Of a stretch of 64,000 nucleotides of DNA, positions 27,927-36,843 are shown piece by piece. The DNA lies in contig OZ243913.1 of NCBI GenBank assembly GCA_965213705.1, positions 2,400,001 through 2,464,000 of the forward strand, written 5' to 3'. Under the pieces are notes generated by a model. The model was given only the letters and a program-made list of their open reading frames with translations. It did not search any database and was not told where the DNA came from. The DNA is from Trueperaceae bacterium. Lineage in GTDB: Bacteria > Deinococcota > Deinococci > Deinococcales > Trueperaceae. The position numbers and the translations under genes are program-made. Each line of letters starts with the position of its first letter. Within the stretch, counting starts at the first letter, position 1.

Positions 27927-28093
27927 CGGACGCGGAACGCCGCTTTTGAGCTTGTACCTTGAAAGCACTTCTAAAATGGGTGTGAAAAATGCTACACTCG
28001 GGCAGCTACCGGAGCGGACGCAAACGAGAGGGTTGGGACGTCGTCCCGCTTCGGCGCAACTCGAGCAAAGTCCTTGACGGAAAGGAAGTTTTC

Positions 28094-30325
28094 ATGAAGC
28101 GTGTGGGTTCACGGCTGCTTGGTTTTGCCTGCATTCTTGCCCTGGCGGCGTGCGGCGGGGGGGGGACGGGGGGTGGTGGAGGTGACAGCATCTCAGGCAC
28201 CGTCACCGCGCCCGACGGTGTGACAATTACCGACACCGTCGTGTTTGCCTGTTATCAAGGAAGTTGTAACAACTTACAAAGTAAGCAGTTCACGATCAGC
28301 GCGAGCGGTCAAAGCGCCCCGTACGTGTTTAGCGGCCTTGAAGTCGGCCAAAGGTACGCGGTCGTCGCCATTAAAGACGCCAACAATAATGGTCAGATCG
28401 ACGGGAGCGACCACACTGGCGAAGCAGAAGCGCTCGTCGTCGTGCCGGCCAGGAACGTAAATGTAGTGTTGGAACAGGGTAGCAGCTCGATCTCGGGGGC
28501 GGTTGTTTACCCCGGCTCCGTCAGCCCCTTCGCGGTCGCCGGGCAGGGTTCGGGCTTGGAGCGTTTGCGCCTCCCCGAGAATCCGATAGTCAGGTTTCAG
28601 AAGCGTAACGACCTCAACGCTGACCGTCCGTTGGAGCTTGTTCCCGGCGAGGTGCTGGTCAAGTTTGAGGAGGGTATCAGCGTGCAGGGGCTCCGCAGCC
28701 TGCGCGTCGGCGGTACCGAACTCAGCGCGGTGCGCGCCCTCAAGCTCGGCCCCGCCGAGTTGCAGCTCTACCGCGCGAACGGCCTCGGCAAGGCCGCGAC
28801 CCTGGCCTTGGTCGACAGCCTGCGCGCGCGCCCCGACGTGGAGGCGGTCTCGCCCAACTGGGTTTTTCACGCCCTCAAAACACCTGACGACGCGCTTTAT
28901 CCCCTACAGTGGCACTACGAAGCGATGAACCTACCCGCGGCGTGGGACCTGGAGGACGGCGCGGGCTCGGGTGTCACCGTGGCGGTGGTCGACACAGGCG
29001 CGGTCGGTCACCCGGACCTGATTGACAACCTCGTTGGGGGCTACGATTTCATCAGTGATCCCGACAGCGCCGTTGATGGCGATGGCCGCGATCCCAACGC
29101 CTTTGATTCGGAGGGCGACAGCTACCACGGCTCGCACGTGGCGGGTACCATCGCCGCCCAGACGAACAACGGTAATGGCGTTGCGGGCGTTTCCTGGGGT
29201 GCCAAAATAGTGCCCATACGGGTGTTGGGCGTCGGCGGCGGCACCACCGTCGACATCCTCGAGGGGACGGCGTGGGCGGCCGGCCTGTCGGTCGAAGGGG
29301 TCCCGAACAACCGGAACCCGGCCAGAGTCATCAACTTGAGCTTGGGGGGCACCATCAGGGCGCCGTGTAACGCCAACCCGGACTTCGAGATTGCCAACGA
29401 CCTGTTCCAACTGCTCGCCGACAACGGTGTCATCGTGGTCGCGGCGGCAGGCAACGAGAACGAAGACGCGTCCCTAAAGTTCCCGGCGAGCTGTGACGGC
29501 GTCATCACGGTGGGCGCGACCGGGCCGCAGAACACCCGCGCGCCCTACTCGAACTACGGCAGCTTTATCGACGTGATGGCGGCGGGCGGCGACGTCAACC
29601 AGAGCTTCTCGGTGGGCGGCGAGGAGTTCCCGGCGGGCGTGCTGAGCACAATTGCCCAGCAAGACGGAGACGAGTTGGTAGCCGCCTACATCTTTTACCA
29701 AGGTACCTCAATGGCGAGCCCGCATATCGCCGGAATTGTGGCGCTCATGCTCGCTCAAAACCCCAACCTGGGCTTTAACGAGGTGCTGGCGCGCCTGCAG
29801 GGCGCGGCGACGCCCATAAGCTCGTGCAGCGAGGGCTGCGGCGCGGGCCTGGTGAACGCGGCCGCGGCGCTCGGCGGCGGGGGCGGCGGGCCGACCCCGA
29901 CCCCGCCAGCGCCCCCGCCGCCCCCGCCCACGGAGCAGCTCGTCACATACGTCGCGTCGTTCTACTGCAAACTGGGGTGTAACGACTTCGACCTCGAGCG
30001 CTCGCAACTGATCGAGGTGGAAATCACCTCCGACACGGTGCCTTTCACCATATCCGACCTCGAGCCCGGCACCTACCTCGCGGCGGCTTGGCAAGACCTC
30101 AACAGCAACAACCTCGTCGATGCGGGCGAGCCGTTCGGGGTTTACACCGGTGCCAATGGGAACTCGCAGCTGCTCGTGGCCGCCGGCGAATCCATCACCA
30201 ACGTAATCATCGTGATGCAACCCGCCACACCCACGAACCAAGCCGCATCCGCGTCGGGTTCGGCACCCGACCTTTCTGCCGCGCTCGCTAAACTGGCGGC
30301 GAAGCCAACACGGCTCACGCCCTGA
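28094..30325 (+). CDS. S8 family serine peptidase lipoprotein
   Basis: Lipobox LAAC; VAVVDTG, HGSHVAGTI, AAAGN and GTSMASPH catalytic motifs. Confidence 0.93.
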   Translation: MKRVGSRLLGFACILALAACGGGGTGGGGGDSISGTVTAPDGVTITDTVVFACYQGSCNNLQSKQFTISASGQSAPYVFSGLEVGQRYAVVAIKDANNNGQIDGSDHTGEAEALVVVPARNVNVVLEQGSSSISGAVVYPGSVSPFAVAGQGSGLERLRLPENPIVRFQKRNDLNADRPLELVPGEVLVKFEEGISVQGLRSLRVGGTELSAVRALKLGPAELQLYRANGLGKAATLALVDSLRARPDVEAVSPNWVFHALKTPDDALYPLQWHYEAMNLPAAWDLEDGAGSGVTVAVVDTGAVGHPDLIDNLVGGYDFISDPDSAVDGDGRDPNAFDSEGDSYHGSHVAGTIAAQTNNGNGVAGVSWGAKIVPIRVLGVGGGTTVDILEGTAWAAGLSVEGVPNNRNPARVINLSLGGTIRAPCNANPDFEIANDLFQLLADNGVIVVAAAGNENEDASLKFPASCDGVITVGATGPQNTRAPYSNYGSFIDVMAAGGDVNQSFSVGGEEFPAGVLSTIAQQDGDELVAAYIFYQGTSMASPHIAGIVALMLAQNPNLGFNEVLARLQGAATPISSCSEGCGAGLVNAAAALGGGGGGPTPTPPAPPPPPPTEQLVTYVASFYCKLGCNDFDLERSQLIEVEITSDTVPFTISDLEPGTYLAAAWQDLNSNNLVDAGEPFGVYTGANGNSQLLVAAGESITNVIIVMQPATPTNQAASASGSAPDLSAALAKLAAKPTRLTP

Positions 30326-30339
30326 CGCCCTGATTCATC

Positions 30340-30377
30340 AAAAGAGTGCGGTCGGAACCTCGGCGGCACTCTTTTTG
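30340..30377 (+). terminator. Terminator after the S8 peptidase gene
   Basis: AAAAGAGTGC...GCACTCTTTT followed by T-rich sequence. Confidence 0.65.
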
Positions 30378-30439
30378 TTTTCTGACACCCTTGTTTACGC
30401 CTTTGTTGGCACGTCTGTTGAAGACGGCATCGCGCCCGA

Positions 30440-30617
30440 GTCCTCAACAGACGTCGTGGTTTTCAAGCGTCCGTCACTTCGTCCCCGAGAGGCTTCACGC
30501 CGAGAACGACGGGGTCTGCGCTCATCAGGATGAGGAGAATGTGTCTCTTTGCCTGCGCAGTTCGACCGTCTTGACACCCTTGAGCCAAGCCTTCGAGATG
30601 ACGCCGTCTTTGGTGAC
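30440..30617 (-). pseudogene. Possible decayed small antitoxin-like gene
   Basis: Fragments across frames: VTKDGVISKAWLKGVKTVELRR / ILLI...DPVVLGVKPLGDEVTDA / ENHD. Confidence 0.35.
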
Positions 30618-30889
30618 TTACCGCTGTTGTATTGCGCGTAAATGAACGTTCACAAAGCGAACCCGCTGTGCAACACCCTGCGTAACGGCTGAAAATACTA
30701 GGTCGAGTGGGCAGAACGTTCGTTTCTGGGTGGGACAGACCTGCTGAAGACTGTGGAAGTTTTGAGTTTATACCGCTTCCTAAGAAGTTACAGGGGAGAA
30801 CGAACACCAGAAAGTGAGGTGTGGTATTTTTTTGCGCTCCCCGGCAGAAACGTTTTGAAAACGGCTGGGGCGCTTTTGTTGGGTTGACC

Positions 30890-30919
30890 TTGACAGTCGT
30901 ACCGCCCGCCCGCTAAACT
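30890..30919 (+). promoter_or_regulatory. Promoter of tRNA-Gln
   Basis: TTGACA-18 bp-TAAACT. Confidence 0.7.
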
Positions 30920-30931
30920 CATGAACGGTGT

Positions 30932-31005
30932 TGGCCCATCGTCTAATGGCAGGACAACTGTTTTTGGCACAGTCGGTCGGGGTTCGAGTCCCTGTGGGCC
31001 AGCCA
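30932..31005 (+). tRNA. tRNA-Gln (UUG)
   Basis: Acceptor stem TGGCCCA/TGGGCCA, anticodon arm ACTGT-TTTTGGC-ACAGT, GGTTCGAGT and CCA end. Confidence 0.93.
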
Positions 31006-31036
31006 AGCTAAAAAGAGCGTGCCAAACGCTCGGACG

Positions 31037-31064
31037 AAGAGGCTCACGCTCGAGCCTCTTTTTT
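31037..31064 (+). terminator. Terminator after tRNA-Gln
   Basis: AAGAGGCTC/GAGCCTCTT stem followed by a T-run. Confidence 0.7.
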
Positions 31065-31261
31065 CTGTGCCGTCCCGCCCCTTCCCCGTCAAGTTTGTAA
31101 ACCTACAGAGCAGCGTCTGCTGCTTGGTCTGCGACCTTTTAGGGTAGGCTCGCAAGGCTGAAAGCAGCCAGGTCGTGAATTCGAACCCCGGCGGTTCGCG
31201 AAGCCTAAAAATTTTACGCCGCTGCGTTTTCAGCGGTGCTAAGCTGAAGTAAGGAGTCGGC

Positions 31262-32164
31262 TTGAACCTCAACCAAACGCTTCAACAAGTCGTAAACAAG
31301 TTTGCCAGCTGGCTCGAGACCGCCATTTTGCTCTTGCCCAACTTGGTCGGGGCGTTCATCGTCTTGTTTGTCTTTTGGTGGCTCGCACGCCTGACGCGGG
31401 GTTTGGTGCGCAACCTCCTCAAGCGGGTCTCGGACAACCGGCAAATAGTCGGCCTGCTCGCCACGCTCTCCTACGTCGGCGTGATGGCGGTCGGCGCGTT
31501 TGTGGCGCTGGGTATCTTGAACCTGGACAAGACCGTGACGGCGCTGCTCGCGGGCGTCGGGGTTATCGGCTTGGCCCTGGGTTTCGCTTTTCAAGACTTG
31601 GCGGCCAACTTTATGTCGGGCGTGCTCATGGCGATTCGGCGACCCTTTGAAATAGACCACGTTATCGAGACCAACGGCTTTATGGGCATGGTCGAGGACA
31701 TCTCTTTGCGTTCGACGCTGCTCAGGACGTTTCAGGGTCAAATCGTCATGCTGCCCAACAAAGAGGTGTTCGGCAACCCCCTTATCAACTACAGCTTGCG
31801 GCGCAAGCGGCGCGTCGACCTGAGTTGCGGCGTCGCTTACGGGGACGACCTAGAAATGGTGCGCCGGGTCGCCCTGGCAGCCGTCAGCAGTCTCAAAATG
31901 CGCGACCCCAACCGTGAGGTAGAGCTTTTTTTCAACGAGTTCGGCGACAGCTCCATCAACTTCTCGGTGCGGTTCTGGATTGACTTTTTCAAACAGACGG
32001 ACTTTTTGAACGCGCAGAGCGAAGCTATCATCGCGCTCAAAAAAGCGTTCGACGAGGCTGGTATTACGATTCCTTTTCCCATTCGCACCCTCGACTTCGG
32101 CGTTGTGGGCGGCGAAAAGCTGGCCGAAGCTCTGCCAAGAGAGTGGTTTGTCGGCGAAAAATAA
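31262..32164 (+). CDS. mscS: Small-conductance mechanosensitive channel family protein
   Basis: GLALGFAFQD..ANF.SG, GVAY.DD, FGDSSINF and GI.IPFP motifs. Confidence 0.9.
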   Translation: MNLNQTLQQVVNKFASWLETAILLLPNLVGAFIVLFVFWWLARLTRGLVRNLLKRVSDNRQIVGLLATLSYVGVMAVGAFVALGILNLDKTVTALLAGVGVIGLALGFAFQDLAANFMSGVLMAIRRPFEIDHVIETNGFMGMVEDISLRSTLLRTFQGQIVMLPNKEVFGNPLINYSLRRKRRVDLSCGVAYGDDLEMVRRVALAAVSSLKMRDPNREVELFFNEFGDSSINFSVRFWIDFFKQTDFLNAQSEAIIALKKAFDEAGITIPFPIRTLDFGVVGGEKLAEALPREWFVGEK

Positions 32165-32218
32165 ACCAGGGGCGGGCCCCAAAGCCCACCCCTGGTCGAG
32201 GTACGAACGGGTACCGGC

Positions 32219-32554
32219 TCAGTTGACCGCCGTGGCGACGTGCTTCTCGAGCTTGCTCTCGTAGGCACCCTTGGACATCGCGCCGACCATTGTCTCGACG
32301 GGCTCGCCGTCTTTGAACAAGATGACGGTGGGAATGCTCATCACGCGGTAGCTCATCGCGGTTTGTTGGTTGTCGTCGACGTTCAACTTGCCGACCTTGA
32401 CTTTGCCGTTGTAGTCGTCTGCCAACTGCTCGATAACCGGGCCGACCATGCGGCAAGGGCCACACCAAGGTGCCCAAAAGTCGACGAGGACGAGGCCCTC
32501 TTTGGTTTCGTCGGTGAAGTTGCTGTCGGTGAATTCGTGCGTCGTTTCAGCCAT
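32219..32554 (-). CDS. trxA: Thioredoxin
   Basis: VDFWAPWCGPC and SIPT; RBS GGAG. Confidence 0.96.
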   Translation of the reverse strand: MAETTHEFTDSNFTDETKEGLVLVDFWAPWCGPCRMVGPVIEQLADDYNGKVKVGKLNVDDNQQTAMSYRVMSIPTVILFKDGEPVETMVGAMSKGAYESKLEKHVATAVN

Positions 32555-32735
32555 GTCTCCTCCAGAAACCCACTCTAGGGCAGTAAACCGAGACGGGTAT
32601 GTCAGGTACTGTACATAACATAGTCTTTGGCCGGCGTCCCAGAACACCCGCCGTTTGCGCAACGCGCCGGTGACAACCGGTGACAATCCGTCACACGCTG
32701 CACTCTCTTTTTGAAGTATCTGTTAGGTTGAAGAG

Positions 32736-33380
32736 GTGCCTAATGTACCTCTGTTTCCTTTGCCGGGAACAGTTATCTTTCCAGGAATGACCGTTCCACT
32801 CTATGTTTTTGAAGAGCGCTACAAGCGTTTGGTCAAAGTTTGTCTCGAGCAGGAGAAGCCCCGTTTCGCGATGGTTTTGTCCAAAGAGGAGGACGTCATC
32901 CGCGACGGGCAACCCCCTTTTTTCGAGGTGGGTACGTTCGTTTATATTTTGCAGATTGCCGAAAACCCCGACGGAACTTACAACGTGTTGGGTCACGGTC
33001 AAGAGCGCTGCCGGGTCGAGATTGTCGACGAAGAGGCGGTCACCGACGTGGACGGAACCAGTCGGCCGCTCTTTTACTCCGAGGCGCAAGCGTTCGCCCT
33101 CGAGCGGGGTGACCCGAACTTAGAACGTATCGCGGCCTGGGACGCGCTCGACACCTTCCGCGACTACGCCAAGACGTTTTTCGCCTTTGACGCCCTCAAA
33201 CAAATAGAGCAAGTGCTGCCCGACGACGTGCTTTACCAAGCCTCTTTTATCTGCGCCAACATCCGGGTGCCGCCGGACTCGCGCCAGGTCTTGCTCGAGT
33301 CCCCTTCACTGACCGCTCGCTTTCAACTGTCGCGCAAACTGATGGAAGAGCGCTTGGCGGCCCACAAACCCGCCGGCTGA
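32736..33380 (+). CDS. Stand-alone LON peptidase substrate-binding domain protein
   Basis: PLFPL...FPG..PL.VFE.RY; no AAA or protease domain. Confidence 0.85.
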   Translation: MPNVPLFPLPGTVIFPGMTVPLYVFEERYKRLVKVCLEQEKPRFAMVLSKEEDVIRDGQPPFFEVGTFVYILQIAENPDGTYNVLGHGQERCRVEIVDEEAVTDVDGTSRPLFYSEAQAFALERGDPNLERIAAWDALDTFRDYAKTFFAFDALKQIEQVLPDDVLYQASFICANIRVPPDSRQVLLESPSLTARFQLSRKLMEERLAAHKPAG

Positions 33381-33438
33381 CGCCGAACCTGACTATTTTT
33401 CGTCCCCGAGGTTCCAAAGTACTGTTAGACTCGGCACT

Positions 33439-34491
33439 ATGGACACACCGACCGAACGGCTGACGTTCCGCTGGGCCGACTTTCCGCCACTGACCATTTC
33501 ACCCGGCAGCGGCGGAACCCTGCGGTCCACGCCCGAAGACTTCAAAGTCGAAGAAATACCGCTCTACACACCTCAAGGAAGCGGCTCGCACTTTTACGCT
33601 CGAGTTCAAAAGCGGGGTCTCACCACCCGCGACCTAGTGGTGGCGCTGCTAGGGCAAGGTCTAAAAGAGCAAGAAATCGGTGTGGCCGGGCTCAAAGACA
33701 AACACGCCCTCACGACGCAGTGGCTCAGCGTGCCGCACCGACACGCAGGCGCCGTCACCGCCCTCGCTAACTTAGACGGCGTGACGGTGCTGGAAACTTC
33801 GCGTCACAAAAACAAGCTCGGTATCGGACACCTAAAAGGCAACCGCTTCAGCGTACAGGTGCGAGACGTCGGCCCGGGCGGCTTCGCGGCGGCGCAGGCA
33901 ACGCTTGCAGCGCTCGCGACCCACGGGGTTCCCAACTACTTCGGGCCGCAGCGTTTCGGTCGCTTCGGTACCAACGCCGTCGACGGCTACAAACTCGTCA
34001 AGGGTGAACAAGTACCCGGTGGACACCGCTTGAAACGCTTTTTTGTGTCGGCGTTGCAGTCGCTTTTGTTCAACCACCTGCTGGCACGGCGGCTCGAGGC
34101 GGGCCTGTTCGACCGGGTTGTCCCCGGCGATTGGGCCAAAAAACACGACACCGGTGGCGTGTTCGAAGTCGAGAACCAGGCCGAACAAGAGCGCGCACGA
34201 CGTTTCGAAATCAGCGCGACGTTGCCGCTCTACGGCAAAAAGGTTCGCCTCTCCGGGGCTCGAGCAGGCGAGTGGGAAACGGCGACCCTCGACTACTACG
34301 GTTTGCGGTGGGAGGACTTTCGGAGCCGTCACGGTGACCGGCGGCTGTCGAGGTTGCCTTTCGAGGGCGTCCTCACCGAGAACGAGGCCGGTTACCACTT
34401 GACCTTCGCTTTACCCAAAGGTGCTTTTGCAACGAGCGTCCTGCGCGAGGTCATGAAAAGCGAAATAGATGTGGTCGAGGATGACGATTAA
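33439..34491 (+). CDS. truD: tRNA pseudouridine(13) synthase TruD
   Basis: PEDFKVEE, AGLKDKHA.T.Q, PNYFG.QRFG and LPKG.FAT..LRE motifs. Confidence 0.95.
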   Translation: MDTPTERLTFRWADFPPLTISPGSGGTLRSTPEDFKVEEIPLYTPQGSGSHFYARVQKRGLTTRDLVVALLGQGLKEQEIGVAGLKDKHALTTQWLSVPHRHAGAVTALANLDGVTVLETSRHKNKLGIGHLKGNRFSVQVRDVGPGGFAAAQATLAALATHGVPNYFGPQRFGRFGTNAVDGYKLVKGEQVPGGHRLKRFFVSALQSLLFNHLLARRLEAGLFDRVVPGDWAKKHDTGGVFEVENQAEQERARRFEISATLPLYGKKVRLSGARAGEWETATLDYYGLRWEDFRSRHGDRRLSRLPFEGVLTENEAGYHLTFALPKGAFATSVLREVMKSEIDVVEDDD

Positions 34492-34697
34492 ACAAGCGGG
34501 TTTACTTTTACCTTTGACTAGAAAGACAGCTCCCCATGCTTTAGAAATGTGGATTTAACTTCGGTAATTAAATTACACGCAGACCTATCGTGAAACAAAT
34601 CACTTATTTTATCATGTGTATGGTTGCGGTCAGGACAGCTGGTTCTTCGCCCAAACAACTGTTTTTTTATATGACTTTATTTGTTAAGGTTTGGAAA

Positions 34698-34719
34698 ACC
34701 CGTGGCGTACGCCACGGGT
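34698..34719. repeat. Perfect palindrome or terminator downstream of the TRAP operon
   Basis: ACCCGTGGCGTACGCCACGGGT. Confidence 0.6.
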
Positions 34720-34729
34720 AAGGTCTCGT

Positions 34730-36712
34730 TTATTCTAAAGGATTCAGGACCACCCGGCCCCGCTCCTCCGTCTGCTCGCGGCGCAGCTTGGCGTAGTTGA
34801 TGCTCAACACGCCCAAAATCAGCACGAAACCCGCTATTTCCGCCCAATGGTGCGGCCAAAAAATGCCGACCGTCCCGACGGCGGCGAGGATGCGTGAAAA
34901 CCAATACATCTTCGTAAACATAAAGCCTTCCAACGCCGCTGCGAACGCGCCGAGCGCGGCAACCGCGGTGAGGACGTTCCAGGCGACCAACACGACCGGC
35001 CCGCCGACGATGATTTCCGGGTTGTAGACCATGAACAGCGGGATGAGGTACAGCCCCTTGGCGAACTTCCAGGCTTGCACGCCGGTCCGCATCGGGTCGG
35101 CCCCGGCGATGCCCGCCCCAGCGAACGCGGCCAGCGCGACCGGCGGCGTCACGTTCGAGTCTTGCGAGTACCAGAAGATGACGAGGTGCGCGATGATGAG
35201 CGGGATGCCGAACGTGTCGTGCAGCGCGGGCGCAGCCAACACCGCCAGGACGATGTAACTTGCCGTGACCGGCAAACCCATCCCCAGAATAAGGCTCGCA
35301 AAAATTAGAAAAACGAGCGCCAACAGCAAGTTGCCGCCCGACAGGCTTATCATCAGCGACGAGAACTTCAGCCCCAAGCCGGTCAAGCCCACCACCCCGA
35401 CCACCACGCCCGCGACCGCACAGGCGACGCTGACGGGAATGGCGTTTTTCGCGCCGGTCTCGAGCGCCACGACCAGGTTCTTCAGGCCCAGCCACAGGTA
35501 CGCGCCCCAGCTCAAACCGTCGTCGTCTTTCAAAAACACCCGCTGTACCAGCACCCGAGCCACCGACACCGCCAGCACCGCCAGGATGGCGATAAAGCCG
35601 ACTCGAGCCGGCGAAATGTTCAGCACCAGGAAGTAGATCAAAATCCCCAGCGGAATCAGAAAGTGCCAACCCGCGCGAAACACCTCGCCGACCTTGGGCA
35701 GCTCGGAGCGCGGCACGCCCTTCATGCCGCGTTTCGCCGCGATGATGTCGACGAACAAATAAACGGTCGCAAAGTACAAAATGGCGGGCAGCACGCTCAG
35801 TCTGACGATGTCCAAGTAGGGCAGCCCGGTGTACTCCGCAATTAAAAACGCGCCCGCGCCCATAATCGGCGGCATGATTTGCCCGCCCGTGCTCGCCGCC
35901 GCCTCGACGCCGCCGGCTTCTTCGGGCGTGTAGCCGAGCTTTTTCATCAGCGGAATCGTGAACGCGCCGCTCGTCACCACGTTGGCAATCGCGCTCCCTG
36001 AAATCGAGCCCAGCCCCGCCGAGGCCAGCACCGCCGCCTTGGCCGGGCCGCCCCGCTGCCGTCCGGCGGCGGCGTAAGCCATGTCGATAAAAAACTTGCC
36101 GCCGCCGGTCATCTCCAAAAACGCGCCGAACAGCACGAAAATAAACACAAACGTCGCCGCCACCCCGAGCGCGATGCCGTAAATCCCCTCTTGCCCCAAA
36201 TAGAGTTGCGCGACGATGCGGTCGACTTTGTAGCCCTTGTGCGCCAGGATGCCGGGCAGCACCCCGTTCAAAAAGGGCAGCGCCCCGCGGCTGCCGATCA
36301 TCGCGTAGGCGATAAAAGTGCCTGCGATAATCGTAATCGCGACGCCCACGACGCGGCGGCTGGCTTCCAGCAGCGTCACCACCGTAATCACCCCGGCGAC
36401 GATGTCCGTCTGCGTCCAAAACCCCGCCCGGTTGATAATCGCGTCCAGGTTGTAAATAAGGTAAAACCCCGAATACGCCGCGCCTGCGATAAACGCGCCG
36501 TCGATAAGCCAACCCAACACGCCGCGCCGCTTTTTAAACACCGGAAACAGCAAAAACGCCAGCACTAAAATAAACGCCAGGTGCGTCCCACGCTGGTAAA
36601 ACAGGTTCGGTTTGTAGATGCCCGCGGTGTAGAGCTGAAACAGCGACAGCGCCACGCCGATTATAGTTACTGCAACGACGACGGGCCGCGCGTAGTTCGG
36701 GGTTTGGGTCAT
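34730..36712 (-). CDS. TRAP transporter fused (4TM/12TM) permease
   Basis: GGPAK.AV, SGSA.ANV, EAAASTGGQIMPPIMGAGAF and TPPVALA motifs. Confidence 0.92.
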   Translation of the reverse strand: MTQTPNYARPVVVAVTIIGVALSLFQLYTAGIYKPNLFYQRGTHLAFILVLAFLLFPVFKKRRGVLGWLIDGAFIAGAAYSGFYLIYNLDAIINRAGFWTQTDIVAGVITVVTLLEASRRVVGVAITIIAGTFIAYAMIGSRGALPFLNGVLPGILAHKGYKVDRIVAQLYLGQEGIYGIALGVAATFVFIFVLFGAFLEMTGGGKFFIDMAYAAAGRQRGGPAKAAVLASAGLGSISGSAIANVVTSGAFTIPLMKKLGYTPEEAGGVEAAASTGGQIMPPIMGAGAFLIAEYTGLPYLDIVRLSVLPAILYFATVYLFVDIIAAKRGMKGVPRSELPKVGEVFRAGWHFLIPLGILIYFLVLNISPARVGFIAILAVLAVSVARVLVQRVFLKDDDGLSWGAYLWLGLKNLVVALETGAKNAIPVSVACAVAGVVVGVVGLTGLGLKFSSLMISLSGGNLLLALVFLIFASLILGMGLPVTASYIVLAVLAAPALHDTFGIPLIIAHLVIFWYSQDSNVTPPVALAAFAGAGIAGADPMRTGVQAWKFAKGLYLIPLFMVYNPEIIVGGPVVLVAWNVLTAVAALGAFAAALEGFMFTKMYWFSRILAAVGTVGIFWPHHWAEIAGFVLILGVLSINYAKLRREQTEERGRVVLNPLE

Positions 36713-36819
36713 GTCACCACCTTGTGGGGGAAGTAGGGGAGTGGGGGAGAGAGGGAGTAGGGAAGGATATATTGGTGAGCGGAGGAGCCCGGAAAAAGCT
36801 TTTGACGTTTACTTTCTAC

Positions 36820-36843
36820 TTTTCACTCGGTCCTCGGTACTTT
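36820..36843. repeat. Dispersed copy of the heptamer-array arm
   Basis: TTTTCACTCGGTCCTCGGTACTTT is the exact reverse complement of 11007-11030 and overlaps the DUF1850 stop. Confidence 0.8.

Noticed and set aside
30463..30807. IS630 HTH fragment or intact 114-aa gene
   Set aside because: The resemblance is superficial, with no DDE part or inverted repeats; a frameshifted small-protein relic fits better.
23000..31005. Genomic island integrated at tRNA-Gln
   Set aside because: The cluster is on the 5' side of the tRNA, with no integrase and no duplicated tRNA end found.
34677..36512. 611-aa alternative-frame ORF and similar long shadow ORFs (1147-2349, 1825-3045, 17727-18914, 52572-53867, 62431-63204)
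   Set aside because: They overlap well-supported genes, mostly have Arg/Gly/Pro-rich off-frame composition and show no motifs, as expected in GC-rich DNA.
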